64,000 bases of DNA from Armatimonadota bacterium (GCA_041690135.1 JAWLHY010000009.1:96001-160000), one strand, 5' to 3'. Shown: positions 1 to 11,255, counted from the stretch's first letter. The notes: generated from the letters alone by a model not told the origin. Numbers and translations: made by a program.

Positions 1-1
1 G

Positions 2-220
2 TCGCGCGCGGAAGAAGAACGGATCGGGCAGCAGACGCAGAATGAGTTCCGGCTCACGTGGGGAATGCTGCCGCTCTTTGCCCTGATCGGAGCCCTGCTG
101 GTGGTGCTGGTGGCTTTCGTGCCCAGCCCCTACGGCGCCTTCTTTTTCGGACTGGCGAGCCTGATCGGCATCCTGGCGGTGGTAGCCTACGTCATGCGCC
201 CGCGCCAGAGAGGTCGGTAG
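2..220 (+). CDS. 3' end of a membrane protein (truncated by window edge)
   Basis: Frame 2 open from the edge: ...FRLTWGMLPLFALIGALLVVLVAFVPSPYGAFFFGLASLIGILAVVAYVMRPRQRGR*, two hydrophobic helices. Confidence 0.65.
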   Translation, partial: SRAEEERIGQQTQNEFRLTWGMLPLFALIGALLVVLVAFVPSPYGAFFFGLASLIGILAVVAYVMRPRQRGR

Positions 221-415
221 CCTCCCGAACAACAAGTGGTGTTTAACCGGCCGTCGGATGTGGCTAGATTTAGCGGCGTCAACGCTGCTCTATCCTTCCA
301 CACCCGGCGCGGCCGGGGCTGACCCGGGGCGGAACATCCCCTGATACGCGGGTTCGGGCGGGCGGCGTAAGTATGGATGCTTCCCCTGGCGAAGCTCTGA
401 TCACCTTGCCCGGAT

Positions 416-3400
416 ATGACCTCCGTCACCCGCGAAGCCGTCGAAACAAACTTGATCCCGCCCGCTCCTTCGGCCCATTCGGCCGCTGGGGATTCCCCGG
501 ACGATCTCACCTCGCTGGTACGCCTGGCGTCGCGCCTGCTGGCGGTACCCTCCGCGTTCGCGGGGCGGATGTCTCACGGGAAGTTCTCCCCGACGGCCGT
601 GTCGGGCCCGTTGGCAGCGCACGAGCCGTTGCTTTTAGCGGTCGGGGATCGGCTCGCAACCGCTCTCTCCAGTCCGGTGGTGCTCGCGGACCTGCCGGAG
701 AACTCCAGCGAGAAACAGGGGGCTACCCCCACGGGCGCCCTCCTCGCCGTGCGGCTGGATGCCGGCTCGGGGGAAGGGGCCGAGTGGTGTGGCGTCGTCG
801 CGGATCATCCCCACGCATGGACCCGAGAGGAAGTGGAAATCCTTCGGGATCTGGTGCGTCCATACGTCGCCCAGCGGTCTCTGCGGCTGACTCTCCGCGA
901 ACAGGCGAACCAACTCGAGGAGTTCCACCAGGACGTCCGCGCGGCGGCGGCCATCAACCGGGTGGGGCGCACGCTGGTAGCGGAGTTGGATCTCCAACGG
1001 TTGGTGCAGGCAGTAACCGACGCCGGTACGGAGTTGACGGGCGCCCAATTCGGCGCGTTCTTCTACAACGTGCTGAACGAACGCGGAGAGGCCTATACTC
1101 TTTACACTCTTTCCGGGGTGCCGCGGGAGGCGTTTTCCCAGTTCCCCATGCCCCGCAACACCGAAGTATTCTCCCCGACCTTCCGGGGGGATGGGGTGGT
1201 GCGCTCGGACGATATTACGCAGGATCCGCGTTACGGGCGGAATCAGCCTTACCACGGCATGCCGGAAGGGCACCTTCCCGTTCGGAGTTACCTGGCGGTG
1301 CCCGTCATCTCCCGTTCTGGTGAGGTACTGGGCGGCCTGTTTTTCGGGCACGCCGAACCGGGCATTTTCAACGCGCGGCACGAGCAACTCATCGAGGGAG
1401 TGGCGGCGCAGGCGTCGGTGGCGATCGACAATGCCCGTCTCTTCGAAGCACGCCGGCGGGTGGAAGATGCCCTGCGGGAAAGCGAGGAGCGCCTTCGTTT
1501 TGCCATGCGGGCCGGGCGGCTGGGCACCTGGGAATGGCGGGTCTCCACCGGCTTGGTGCGCTGGTCGGAAGAGTTGGAGCGGCTCCACGGGCTCCAGCCC
1601 GGCACGTTTCCCGGCACATTCGAGGCGTTCCAGTCCGACATGCACCCGGACGACCGGGAGCATGTGATCGGCTCCGTCCGCCGCTCGTTGGAAGAAGGCG
1701 TCGAGCACGATGTCGAGTACCGCATTGTCCTGCCGGACGGCGAACAACGGTGGGTGATGGGACGGGGGCAACTGCTCCGGGACCCGGATGGTCGGCCGGA
1801 GCGGATGAGCGGCGTCTGTATGGATATCACCGCCCGCAAGCACGCGGAGGCCTCTCTCCGTTTCCTGGCGGAGGTGAGCGAAGTTCTGGTTTCTTCTCTG
1901 GACTATGAGGTCACTCTGGCTAATGTGGCGAGGCTGGCCGTTCCTTTGGTGGCGGACTGGTGTGCCGTCGATCTGGTCGCAGAGGATGGTAGGGTCGAAC
2001 GCCTCGCGGTCGCGCATATCGATCCCTCGAAAGTCCAGCTGGCTTACGAGTTGGACAAGCGCTATCCCCCGGACCCGAATGCTTCGCATGGAGTGCCGCT
2101 GGTCCTCCGCACCGGCGAGCCGGAAATCGTGGAAGAGATCTCGGATGATCTCTTGCGAGAGGTCGCGCGCGACGAGGAGCACCTGCAACTGGTACGCGGG
2201 CTCGGGCTCAAGTCATTCGTCGCCATGCCGTTGATCGCCCGCGGGCGCGTGCTCGGGGCGATTACCCTGGTATCGGCGGAGTCCGGCCGTCGCTTCGGGC
2301 CGGAAACGGTAGCCCTGGCCGCGGAACTGGCACGGCGGGCCGCCGTCGCCATCGACAATGCGCGGCTCTACCGGGATACCGAGCGTGCGCGGGCGCTCCA
2401 GGAACGACGTGCATCCCAGGCGGCCCTCGTGGCCGATATCGGCGTGGCGCTGAACCGGGAAGGAGATCTGGAGACGATCCTTGCTGGCTGCACGGCCGCG
2501 GTGGTCGACCACCTGCAGGTGGCGTTCGCTCGGATCTGGACCTACGAGCCGGAGGGGCAGGTACTGGTACTGCGCGCGAGTTCCGGGCTCTACACCCATC
2601 TCGACGGCGGCCACGCGCGAGTGCCGCTCGGGGCATTCAAAATCGGCAGGATCGCCCAGGAAAGGCGTCCGCACCTGACCAACGACGTGCCACACGATCC
2701 CCGGGTGAGCGACCATGAATGGGCGCGCCGGGAAGGGATGGTGGCGTTCGCCGGGTATCCGCTGGAAGTGGAGAACCGGCTCGTCGGCGTGCTGGCGATG
2801 TTTTCCCGGGAGCCGTTGGCGGAGGATACGCTGGAGGCCCTCGCCTCCGTCGCCGGAATCGTGGCCCAGGGGATCGAGCGCATCCGGGCCCGGCAGGAGA
2901 TTCAGCGGCTTAACGCCTCGCTGGAAGGCCGGGTCCGGGAGCGGACCGCCGCCCTCACCGAGGCAAACCGGGAACTGGAAGCGTTTTCCTACTCCGTCTC
3001 GCACGACCTGCGCGCGCCCGTCCGCCATATCGCCGGGTTCGCCGACCTCCTGCAGAAGCGCGTGGGGAGCGATTTGGACCTCCAGAGTACCCGCTACCTG
3101 CGCACCATTCAGGACGCGGCGAAGAAGGCGGGGCAGTTGGTGGACGACCTGCTGGCTTTTTCGCGGATGGGTCGCCAGGAACTCCGGGAGAGACAGGTCG
3201 ACCTGGATCGGCTCGTCAAGGAAGCCCGCCGGGATCTCTCCGCCGAGACGTCTGGCCGGTGTGTGCAGTGGGATGTTGGGGAACTGCCTGTCGTGCACGG
3301 CGATGCTGCGATGCTCCGCTTGGTGGTGGAGAACCTGCTGTCTAACGCGCTGAAGTATACCCGCGACTGTCCGGAGGCCCGCATTACCGTTCGCTGCTCG

Positions 3401-3715
3401 CGGCAGGTGCGCGGAGAACCGAAGAATGGGGTAGAACCGGGGGAATGGATCTTCTCTGTGGCGGACAACGGTGTCGGCTTTGACATGCGGTACGTCGACA
3501 AGCTGTTCGGAGTGTTCCAGCGCCTGCACGCTGCAGAGGAGTTCGAAGGCACCGGCATCGGGCTCGCCAACGTCAAGCGCATCATTCAGCGGCACGGCGG
3601 GCGGGTCTGGGCCCAGGGAGAAGTCGGGAAGGGCGCCACCTTTTGGTTCAGCTTGCCCGAACGGTCGAGTCCGGACCAGCAGATCGAAGGAAGAGAAGAG
3701 AACGAGAACCCGTGA
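416..3715 (+). CDS. Multi-sensor histidine kinase (GAF-PAS/PAC-GAF-GAF-HisKA-HATPase)
   Basis: GAF motifs ([10 protein letters not shown]), PAS with HPDD and WV..RG, H-box [13 protein letters not shown]-box [10 protein letters not shown]1/F/G2 DNGVGF...FQRLH...GTGIGLA. Confidence 0.95.
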   Translation: MTSVTREAVETNLIPPAPSAHSAAGDSPDDLTSLVRLASRLLAVPSAFAGRMSHGKFSPTAVSGPLAAHEPLLLAVGDRLATALSSPVVLADLPENSSEKQGATPTGALLAVRLDAGSGEGAEWCGVVADHPHAWTREEVEILRDLVRPYVAQRSLRLTLREQANQLEEFHQDVRAAAAINRVGRTLVAELDLQRLVQAVTDAGTELTGAQFGAFFYNVLNERGEAYTLYTLSGVPREAFSQFPMPRNTEVFSPTFRGDGVVRSDDITQDPRYGRNQPYHGMPEGHLPVRSYLAVPVISRSGEVLGGLFFGHAEPGIFNARHEQLIEGVAAQASVAIDNARLFEARRRVEDALRESEERLRFAMRAGRLGTWEWRVSTGLVRWSEELERLHGLQPGTFPGTFEAFQSDMHPDDREHVIGSVRRSLEEGVEHDVEYRIVLPDGEQRWVMGRGQLLRDPDGRPERMSGVCMDITARKHAEASLRFLAEVSEVLVSSLDYEVTLANVARLAVPLVADWCAVDLVAEDGRVERLAVAHIDPSKVQLAYELDKRYPPDPNASHGVPLVLRTGEPEIVEEISDDLLREVARDEEHLQLVRGLGLKSFVAMPLIARGRVLGAITLVSAESGRRFGPETVALAAELARRAAVAIDNARLYRDTERARALQERRASQAALVADIGVALNREGDLETILAGCTAAVVDHLQVAFARIWTYEPEGQVLVLRASSGLYTHLDGGHARVPLGAFKIGRIAQERRPHLTNDVPHDPRVSDHEWARREGMVAFAGYPLEVENRLVGVLAMFSREPLAEDTLEALASVAGIVAQGIERIRARQEIQRLNASLEGRVRERTAALTEANRELEAFSYSVSHDLRAPVRHIAGFADLLQKRVGSDLDLQSTRYLRTIQDAAKKAGQLVDDLLAFSRMGRQELRERQVDLDRLVKEARRDLSAETSGRCVQWDVGELPVVHGDAAMLRLVVENLLSNALKYTRDCPEARITVRCSRQVRGEPKNGVEPGEWIFSVADNGVGFDMRYVDKLFGVFQRLHAAEEFEGTGIGLANVKRIIQRHGGRVWAQGEVGKGATFWFSLPERSSPDQQIEGREENENP

Positions 3716-4173
3716 TGGAGCCTGTTGCTGATCTCAAGCGGATCCTCCTCGTGGAGGACAGCCCGAACGACATCGAGTTGACGCTGGCGGCCCTGGAAGA
3801 ACACCACCTGACGAACGAAGTGGTAGTCTGCCGAGACGGTGCCGAGGCATTGGATTACCTGCACCGGCGGGGGATCTACCGGCTGCGCGCGCCGGGGCAC
3901 CCCGCGGTGGTACTACTCGATCTGAAGCTTCCCAAGGTCGATGGCCTGGAAGTTCTCTCCGAAATGAAGTCCGTGCCGGAGATGCGCCAGATTCCCGTGG
4001 TAATGCTCACTTCCTCGCGAGAAGAGCGGGACCTGGTGCGCAGCTACGACCTGGGGGTTAATGCCTACGTCGTGAAGCCGGTGGATTTCGGGGAGTTCGT
4101 CGCGGCCATCAAAGAACTGGGCCTGTTCTGGGCCATCATCAATCAACCTCCGCCGGGATGCGGCGGGACTTGA
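3715..4173 (+). CDS. Single-domain response regulator (Rcp1-like)
   Basis: LLVEDSPND, LLDLKLPKVDG, LTSS, YVVKP; ATG overlaps the kinase stop (TGATG). Confidence 0.93.
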   Translation: MEPVADLKRILLVEDSPNDIELTLAALEEHHLTNEVVVCRDGAEALDYLHRRGIYRLRAPGHPAVVLLDLKLPKVDGLEVLSEMKSVPEMRQIPVVMLTSSREERDLVRSYDLGVNAYVVKPVDFGEFVAAIKELGLFWAIINQPPPGCGGT

Positions 4174-4184
4174 GCGCTAACACC

Positions 4185-5885
4185 ATGACGCGACTGAGGG
4201 TGCTCCTCCTCGAAGATGACCCGTTGGACGCCCAATTGACCCTGGCGTGCCTGCTGGAAGGCGGCTTCGTCTGCGAAGCGCTGCGAGTTGACACGCGCGC
4301 GGAGTTCCGGGCGCGGCTCCTCGAGGACTGTCCGGATCTGATCCTGGCGGACTACTCACTCCCCTCCTTCGACGGCCTGGAAGCGTTGCGGATCGCCCAG
4401 GAGATCTGCCCGCAGGTCCCCTTCATCTTCGTGTCGGGCGCGTTGGGCGAAGAACTGGCCATCGAAACGCTGAAGCAAGGAGCCACCGACTACGTGCTCA
4501 AGCACCGCCTGGAGCGCCTGATCCCATCTGTCCAGCGCGCCCTACGGGAGGCGGAGGACCGGGCGGAACGCCAGCGGTTAGAGGAAGAGCTCCGACGCCG
4601 TGCGGAAGCCCTGGCGGAAGCCGACCAGCGCAAGGACGAGTTCCTGGCGATGCTGGCGCATGAACTGCGCAACCCGCTCGCCCCCATCTTCAACGCGCTG
4701 CATATGATGGGCATGGCGGAAGCGGACCCCGCTAATGTGCGGAAGTGTCGCGGCGTGGTGGAGCGCCAGGTGCGCCTGATGGCCCGCCTTCTGGACGACC
4801 TCCTCGATATCTCCCGCATTGCTCGTGGCAAGATCCTGCTGCAAAGCGAAGTGGTGAACCTCACCCAGCTTGTCCGGGATGCAGCGGAAGACCAGCGGAC
4901 GGCCCTGGAAGGAAAGGGTGTGACGTTTCGCGTTCAGGTGCCTGAGGAACCTCTTCTTGTGATGGGTGATCCGGCCCGTCTCGCCCAGGTGGTAGGCAAC
5001 CTCCTGAGCAACGCCGCCAAATTCACCCCTCGGGGCGGGACCGTTACGCTGGAGATGTCCGTGCGGGGAGATACAGCTTGCCTGCAGATACTCGACACGG
5101 GTATCGGTATGAGCCGGGAAGCATTGACTCATATTTTCGAGCCCTTCGCCCAGGAGCGCCGGGCGCTGGACCAGAACCGCACGGGCTTGGGTCTGGGGCT
5201 CGCGCTGGTGAAGGGACTGGCTCAGTTGCATGGCGGTTCAGTCACCGCCGAGAGCGAAGGTCCCGGGCACGGTTCATGTTTCACTGTGCGCCTACCGTTG
5301 CATCGTGGAACACCCGCGACCTCCGAACCTGGCATCGGGACCAATCCGCTTTCACGCAGCGCGGAGGGTCCGGGGGGTGCCAACCTCTCCGACGGTGAAA
5401 GCGCCGGCTCCCGTAAAGTGCTGGTCATCGACGACAACCGCGACGCTGCGGACAGTATGGCGGAGCTGCTGCGCCTGACCGGTTTTGCCGTTGAGGTGGC
5501 CTACTCGGGGCCGGAGGGGTGGGAGTTGGCGCGGCGCCTGCGTCCCGAAGTGGTGCTCTGCGATCTCGGTCTGCCCGGGTTGGACGGGTTCGAAATCGCA
5601 CGCCGCTTGCGGAAAGGGGAGACCGGGGTGGACGGGAAGTCAGCTCCGGGGGGCTCCTCCGCCACCATCGGGTCCCATTCGCGTGGGGAAACCGCCGGCG
5701 GAGAAAGGGGAGAGGTTGGCGCCCGCCGCGGCGATAATCCGCCCGCGTTGCTGATTGCGGTTTCCGGCTACGGACAGGAAGAAGACCGCCGCCGTTCGGA
5801 AGAGGCCGGCTTCGACTACCATCTGACTAAGCCCGTCGATCCGGCCGCTCTCCAGCAACTCCTCTCCGCCACGGTCGGGGATTGA
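4185..5885 (+). CDS. Hybrid histidine kinase (REC-HisKA-HATPase-REC)
   Basis: N-terminal REC (LLEDD, DYSLP), AHELRNPL, NLLSNAAKFT, DTGIG, GLGLGL, C-terminal REC (IDDNRD, DLGLP, TKP); start placed at ATG 4185. Confidence 0.93.
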   Translation: MTRLRVLLLEDDPLDAQLTLACLLEGGFVCEALRVDTRAEFRARLLEDCPDLILADYSLPSFDGLEALRIAQEICPQVPFIFVSGALGEELAIETLKQGATDYVLKHRLERLIPSVQRALREAEDRAERQRLEEELRRRAEALAEADQRKDEFLAMLAHELRNPLAPIFNALHMMGMAEADPANVRKCRGVVERQVRLMARLLDDLLDISRIARGKILLQSEVVNLTQLVRDAAEDQRTALEGKGVTFRVQVPEEPLLVMGDPARLAQVVGNLLSNAAKFTPRGGTVTLEMSVRGDTACLQILDTGIGMSREALTHIFEPFAQERRALDQNRTGLGLGLALVKGLAQLHGGSVTAESEGPGHGSCFTVRLPLHRGTPATSEPGIGTNPLSRSAEGPGGANLSDGESAGSRKVLVIDDNRDAADSMAELLRLTGFAVEVAYSGPEGWELARRLRPEVVLCDLGLPGLDGFEIARRLRKGETGVDGKSAPGGSSATIGSHSRGETAGGERGEVGARRGDNPPALLIAVSGYGQEEDRRRSEEAGFDYHLTKPVDPAALQQLLSATVGD

Positions 5886-5966
5886 CCTGCGGTGGATTGC
5901 CGGATTACTCCCGCTTCATTCCGGGGAAATCGGAAGAAGTAACAACGCAAAGAAGGGAGTAAGTGT

Positions 5967-6140
5967 ATGGAACACCGGCATCCGGCGGAACCCGTGGAGA
6001 ATGCACCGGAAATCGGTAGGAACCCGCGCCCCTGCTGGCCGGCCTGGATGGCTCTGGTGGCGGCTGGTTCGTGGTTGACCCTGGTGATCATGCTCGTTCT
6101 GATCGGGCTGGTGATCGCGCTGCTGGTCGCGATCTTCTAA
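5967..6140 (+). CDS. Small membrane protein (57 aa, absent from ORF track)
   Basis: AAGGGAG RBS then ATG; MEHRHPAEPVENAPEIGRNPRPCWPAWMALVAAGSWLTLVIMLVLIGLVIALLVAIF*. Confidence 0.55.
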   Translation: MEHRHPAEPVENAPEIGRNPRPCWPAWMALVAAGSWLTLVIMLVLIGLVIALLVAIF

Positions 6141-6154
6141 AGGAGTCTTACGGT

Positions 6155-7630
6155 TCAATCCGAGCCAAGCGCCGGAGCGTTCGCCGTCAACTCCTCTTCC
6201 CCCTCCAACTCGGCGTCCGTTCCGGCATCCTCGGTCGGCCCTTCCGGACCGGGTCCGGTCAACTTTCCGATCAGCGCCGTAACGGCGGCCGCGCCGGCCA
6301 CGGCGAGCCCCAGGGCAGCGAGCGGCTTGGCCACGGTAAGGGCCTTTCGCGGCAGGTTTCCATGCTCCAGGTTGTGCATGCCCCAGCGCTGGAACTGTTG
6401 CCACTTCATCATGCCCTGCCCCGCGTGCTCGACTCCCAGTCCCTTCATCAGTTCCGGCATTGCCGTCCGCAGGACCGGGTGGCCGGGAACGAAGTGCACG
6501 CGTGGGTCGTGCTTGTAGCGCGGCTTTGCCGAGTCGTCGAACACGATATAGGGGCCTTCTTTCAGGTGCTCCTCAAACCGGGGGTCGTCCACCTCGCCGA
6601 TCATGATCGTGGGCGTGCCCTTGAGCCAGATGATCTGGTTCAGTTCGCCCCGGCGCAGCATGCTGTCCAGCACGCTTTTCACGTGGCCGATGGTCCCCTC
6701 CAGGGTGACGTCGCTGCCCACCAGGAAGTTGACGGGTAGGTAATCGAAGGCCCGGTGCCCCGGCCAGGCCTGGATGGCGACCTCTTCCAGCGGCGCGCCC
6801 ACGTACTCGATGGGGGACCGCACTCCCAGGGCCCGCGCCTCCGCCTCGCGGGCGAACTCCAGTTTCTCCGCGTCGTGCCCCAGCAGCCGGGCGATCGTCA
6901 CATCGGTGGCCACCGGGTCGGTAGAGGCCAGCACGCATCCGCACCAGTGGGGCAGGTTGGCGATCGGTCCGTCGCCCTCTCCGGCGATCAGGGCGTCCAC
7001 CACGCACAGGTGGGGACGGGAGACCATCATCAGGTCCATAAAGCGGCCGGCCATGTCCCGGTCGCCATGGTTCGTGTTGCGCCAGTTCTGGTTGACGGCG
7101 CCCACCCAATTCTTCAGCGCGCCGGAGATCGGCTCGATGTGGTGGTTCTTCGCCTTGGGCACGTCGATCACCACGTCGGCGTCGAGCAGCGGGATCGGGA
7201 GGGGCGCGGAGCGGGCGACCCGGCCATTTGGAATCTCGACCACCCGGTTGGGCACGGCGTCGCTCCCGAGATCGATCAGCTCCGCACCCTCGCGCTCCGC
7301 TACCGCGGCCATGCCGGTGATCTTCATGCAATCCAGCGATGAGAAGAAGCCGCCGCTCGACTCGCCGACCTGCACCTTCGCGGCCCCGGCTTCTTTCGCC
7401 AGGCGGATGAGCGCACCTACCACAAGCGGATCCGTGGTGCAGCCCTCCTCGGCCGTGTAGAAGACGGTCTGGTTCGGTTTGATCAACACGGTCTGTCCCG
7501 GTTGCACGAACTGCCGCATTCCGCCGAGGTGCTCCAGGCACTCCCGCACCAGGGCGAGCACCCGGTCCTGCGACCGGTGTTTCTCGGGGGTGTGGGCAAT
7601 GGCTACTCGGGCCCGCTGGTCTTCGCTCAT
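6155..7630 (-). CDS. DUF362 domain protein with C-terminal membrane anchor
   Basis: VLIKPN, TTDP, GES, PKAKNH, ALKN.VG, D.LIAGEGDGP, DPVATD motifs; hydrophobic tail. Confidence 0.85.
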   Translation of the reverse strand: MSEDQRARVAIAHTPEKHRSQDRVLALVRECLEHLGGMRQFVQPGQTVLIKPNQTVFYTAEEGCTTDPLVVGALIRLAKEAGAAKVQVGESSGGFFSSLDCMKITGMAAVAEREGAELIDLGSDAVPNRVVEIPNGRVARSAPLPIPLLDADVVIDVPKAKNHHIEPISGALKNWVGAVNQNWRNTNHGDRDMAGRFMDLMMVSRPHLCVVDALIAGEGDGPIANLPHWCGCVLASTDPVATDVTIARLLGHDAEKLEFAREAEARALGVRSPIEYVGAPLEEVAIQAWPGHRAFDYLPVNFLVGSDVTLEGTIGHVKSVLDSMLRRGELNQIIWLKGTPTIMIGEVDDPRFEEHLKEGPYIVFDDSAKPRYKHDPRVHFVPGHPVLRTAMPELMKGLGVEHAGQGMMKWQQFQRWGMHNLEHGNLPRKALTVAKPLAALGLAVAGAAAVTALIGKLTGPGPEGPTEDAGTDAELEGEEELTANAPALGSD

Positions 7631-7639
7631 GGTTCTCCC

Positions 7640-8455
7640 TTACGCCGCCACGGCCTTGCGGGTGGCCTCCAGGTCGCGCTCCACGGCCTTGGGATCGCTC
7701 TTGAGGCGACTCCCATACCAGGCGTGATAGACGATGCCGCCATACACCCCGCCACGGGTCACCGTCCCCAGCTTTCCCACCTGGTGGATCTCGGCCGCCC
7801 CTGGATCGAGCGGAATATACCCCAGGGTGTGACCGCGCCGGAGAAGCTCCAGCGAGATTCCCTCCCCCACATCCCAGGCCGTCTTGCCGAGTTGTTCGTA
7901 ATCGCGCGTCCAGCGGGACTGGAAGGAGAGCCGGTACTGGAAGAAGGTCCGGGCGCGGATCGCCAGGCAGCATGGATGCACGTACTCCCGGTGGTGGTGG
8001 ACCCCGGCGCAGGCGTGCTGCTCCAAAAGCTCCGAAAGACGTGCCACCCAGGTGTCGGCGACCGGATAGGCGTCCGAATCCAGTGCAATCAGCGTCTCTC
8101 CCCGCGCGAAGAGGGTCGCCAGGTCGAGCGCCTTGCCGTGCCCGATGTTGCGGGTTAGGGTCAGCGCGCGTACCCCAGTTGCGGCGCGGAGATACTCGGC
8201 GGAGCCATCCGTGGAGCCATTGTCGACGATGATCAACTCATACTCGCCCGGGGTGAGGGACTGGACCTTCCGGACCGTCTGCTCGATCATCTCCCGCGTG
8301 TTGTAGTTGGCGATGAGGATCGAGACGGGTAGTCGCGGCTGGAACGATAGGCGCCGGCATTCCCGGTGCAGGGCTTGCAGGCCTACTTTGAGACGGTAGG
8401 TGATGCCGTTGTCCGCCTGGGTCGGTAGACAGGCGCGGAGGGTGACACTCTCCAT
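7640..8455 (-). CDS. Glycosyltransferase family 2
   Basis: VSILIANYN, IVDNGSTDGS, NIGHG, LDSD (DxD). Confidence 0.85.
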   Translation of the reverse strand: MESVTLRACLPTQADNGITYRLKVGLQALHRECRRLSFQPRLPVSILIANYNTREMIEQTVRKVQSLTPGEYELIIVDNGSTDGSAEYLRAATGVRALTLTRNIGHGKALDLATLFARGETLIALDSDAYPVADTWVARLSELLEQHACAGVHHHREYVHPCCLAIRARTFFQYRLSFQSRWTRDYEQLGKTAWDVGEGISLELLRRGHTLGYIPLDPGAAEIHQVGKLGTVTRGGVYGGIVYHAWYGSRLKSDPKAVERDLEATRKAVAA

Positions 8456-8646
8456 GGCGAGACGATCTCCAGATTTCGCGGTGCGTTGGTTCAGTCGGAT
8501 CGGGGAATGATCCCGGGCGGGCGTGGGTAAGAGCCCGCAGGAGCGCCGGCAAGGCCGGGGCGCGTTGGGGCGCGGTCGAGCCGTCCGCTCACCGCCCGCC
8601 TCTGAGACACCGTGCCTTCAGGCCCCGCGTTTTGTGCAAGAGAACT

Positions 8647-9231
8647 ATGGACAGCGTTAGACGTCAGGCCGCCTCGCGTGGGCGAGAAATCCACCGTGAT
8701 CCGAAGGCAGACGCTCCGGAAGGTTGGGTCTACAACCCCTCTTCATGGAGCCAGCGAGTGCCGATCGTGCTGTTAGCCTTCGCCGGATTCTGCGTGGCGA
8801 CGTGGTTGACGCTCTTTCAGTTGGGGGTCCTGCCGACGATCTGGGAACCGTTCTTTGGAGCGGGCAGCCGGACCATCCTCCAGAGCCGCGTGTCCCACTT
8901 GTTACCGGTTCCGGACGCCGCGTTGGGTGCGGCGGGTTACCTGGCGGATGCGGTGTTTGGGCTGATGGGCGGCACGGCACGGTGGAAACGGCTGCCGTGG
9001 GTGGTGGTGGTGTTCGCCATCGCGGTGATCCCCTTCGGGCTCACCAGCCTGACACTCTTCATCCTGCAGCCCACGCTGTACGATACCTGGTGCACCCTCT
9101 GCCTTGTGTCGGTCGCCATCTCGCTGGCGATGGTCCCCTATGCCTGGGACGAGTTTGTCGCCAGTTGGCAATGGATGCGCGGCCGTCACGACGCCGGGGT
9201 AGGGTGGTGGGCCGCCCTTATGGGCCGTTAG
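8647..9231 (+). CDS. Vitamin K epoxide reductase (VKOR) family membrane protein
   Basis: Four TM segments, PDAALG...Y, WCTLC CxxC, N-terminal PEGW.YNPSSWSQR. Confidence 0.8.
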   Translation: MDSVRRQAASRGREIHRDPKADAPEGWVYNPSSWSQRVPIVLLAFAGFCVATWLTLFQLGVLPTIWEPFFGAGSRTILQSRVSHLLPVPDAALGAAGYLADAVFGLMGGTARWKRLPWVVVVFAIAVIPFGLTSLTLFILQPTLYDTWCTLCLVSVAISLAMVPYAWDEFVASWQWMRGRHDAGVGWWAALMGR

Positions 9232-9464
9232 CGGGTTACCTGCCAAACAGGATCGGATGGTGAACACTCACTTTGCGCCTGGGCCGGACGGGAAGGTGGT
9301 GAACGCTACGGGCCGCTGTCGTTACCCCCCACAGGTGTAGGGCGGGTCGCTCCGTCACCGCCAGGCCGTGGGTTCGCACCCGTCGTGCCGTGTGGTTCTC
9401 CGCTGCCCCTGGTTGTGTGAACTTGCATCAGCGGGTCTACGGGGGCGGCCCGCGGGGCTGAAAG

Positions 9465-9749
9465 CTACAGCCATTCCCGCTCGCCCTGCTTCTCTCCCAT
9501 CGGCCAGAAGGCCAGCCCGGCCGTGAGCCCGGCCAGCAACAGCGCGAGCGAGTACGAGAGCATCCCCGGCCCCAGGAAGTGGTAGGTCACCGCGGGGCCA
9601 CCCAGGGATCCCACAATCAGCAGGACTGTGGTCGCGTAGGCGTTCGGCATCCGGATTCCCAGCAGTTTACCGGCTACCCAGCCCAATCCGAAACCGATCA
9701 ACAGGAGCAGTGTCAGCAACCCACCTTCCAGCCATCCATCCGTGTTCAT
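9465..9749 (-). CDS. Small membrane protein
   Basis: GGAGA RBS, 94 aa with three hydrophobic helices. Confidence 0.6.
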   Translation of the reverse strand: MNTDGWLEGGLLTLLLLIGFGLGWVAGKLLGIRMPNAYATTVLLIVGSLGGPAVTYHFLGPGMLSYSLALLLAGLTAGLAFWPMGEKQGEREWL

Positions 9750-9886
9750 GCGCGTCTCCCCAGGTCGCGCATACCCTTCCAGGGTCCGCAACTACACTCC
9801 GGATGCGGCGCGGCGGGGCGATCGTCCCCACTGGAAAGCAACATCCCGGATGGCACGGACCGCCGCGCCGGTGCGTATGCTAAGAA

Positions 9887-11251
9887 GTGAGCTTTCCTTT
9901 CGGCCAAACCCCCGTGCCTCTCTCCGACCCCTTGAAAAACGCAGAAGCAGGCTCTGAGGGCGGTCCCGCCGAGCAAGAGTTGCAGTCATCCCTGCGCAGC
10001 GCCCTGATCGGGGGGCGGTGGGCGATTCTGCTTGCGGAGTTGGCCGCGATTCTCTTGCGGCTTCCCTGGCTCAAGGAGAACGCCGACCTCCAGGGAGAGC
10101 TCTCGGTCGCCGCCGTCCTCCTCTACAACGTCCTGGTCCTGGTGGTCCTGCTGCGGCGTCCCGCCCGGGAGATCCCGGTCGGGGTATTCCTGGCCGTCGA
10201 CGTGATGGCGATTGGCCTCCTGGTCTCCGGCACGGAAGGCATCCGCAGCCCATTCACCGGGCTGTATTACCTCGTCATCCTGATGGGGGCGATCCACTAC
10301 AACCTTCTGGGCGGGCTCGCTGTGGCGGGAGGGGCGGTCCTCATCATCCTTCTGGCGTCCGTCACCAACGAATCCGTCTGGCCGCTGATCGTTACCGGGG
10401 AAACCCGAACCCAGACGCTGCCGTACCTGGTAATGACGGGAGCCTTCGCCGGTTACCTGGTCCAGCAGTTAAAGCGCCTCCACGAACGGCGCATCGAGGT
10501 GGAAGAGCGCCTCCGGCAGGCCCAGTTCCGCGCCGAGGAGCGCGAGCGGCAGGCGGCGCTGGCCCGCGAGATCCAGCGGACGACTCTGGCGGACCCTCCG
10601 CACCATCCTGTATATGAGCTCGCGGTGCGTTATGAGCCGCTGCAGGAGGTGGGTGGGGACTTCTACGCCTTCATGCCCGCGGGCCGGCGGCTGGGGGTGA
10701 TCCTGGGCGATGTTTCCGGGAAGGGCCTGCCCGCGGCCCTGACTTCCACCAGTATCTGCCACCTGACGCACCTGATGCGCCCGATGGACGATCCCCGGAC
10801 CTTTCTTTCCGAACTGAACCGGGCCCTGGCGGAACGGCTGCCGGAAGATGCCTTTGCCAGCCTGGCCTTCGCCTGCGCGGATCCGAAGTCCCGCTGCCTG
10901 GAAGTCTACTCGGCGGGCCACCTGCCGGCGCTGGTGGTGCGGGACGGACGGGTCGACAGGATCCATCTCCCGGGTCTGCCCCTGGGGGTATTTCCCGAAG
11001 GGACCTTTGAGCCGGCCGTCACACCCTTCTCTCCCGGCGACCTGTTGGTGCTCTATTCCGACGCCCTGGTGGAGACGCGGAACGAAGCCGGCCAGGAGTT
11101 CAGCCTGGAAGGATTGGAGAGGTTGGTGCGCGAGCATGCCGGCCGTGCCCCGCAGGAACTCGCGGCAGTGGTGACGGAGGAAGTCCGCAGCTTCGGCCAT
11201 ATACAGGACGACCTGACATTGCTCGTGGTGCGCTATCCCGCCGAGGGATGA
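9887..11251 (+). CDS. Membrane-bound PP2C/SpoIIE (RsbU-like) Ser/Thr phosphatase
   Basis: TM region, coiled coil, VGGDFY, GDVSGKG, SAGH, YSDALVE, DDLT. Confidence 0.92.
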   Translation: MSFPFGQTPVPLSDPLKNAEAGSEGGPAEQELQSSLRSALIGGRWAILLAELAAILLRLPWLKENADLQGELSVAAVLLYNVLVLVVLLRRPAREIPVGVFLAVDVMAIGLLVSGTEGIRSPFTGLYYLVILMGAIHYNLLGGLAVAGGAVLIILLASVTNESVWPLIVTGETRTQTLPYLVMTGAFAGYLVQQLKRLHERRIEVEERLRQAQFRAEERERQAALAREIQRTTLADPPHHPVYELAVRYEPLQEVGGDFYAFMPAGRRLGVILGDVSGKGLPAALTSTSICHLTHLMRPMDDPRTFLSELNRALAERLPEDAFASLAFACADPKSRCLEVYSAGHLPALVVRDGRVDRIHLPGLPLGVFPEGTFEPAVTPFSPGDLLVLYSDALVETRNEAGQEFSLEGLERLVREHAGRAPQELAAVVTEEVRSFGHIQDDLTLLVVRYPAEG

Positions 11252-11255
11252 ACGA

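Noticed and set aside
416-3715. Bacteriophytochrome
   Set aside because: Kinase core and RR are Cph1/Rcp1-like, but no PAS-GAF-PHY module or DIP chromophore motif is visible
9232-9464. ncRNA or small ORF between convergent genes
   Set aside because: No tRNA or riboswitch pattern; only a 40-codon low-complexity ORF
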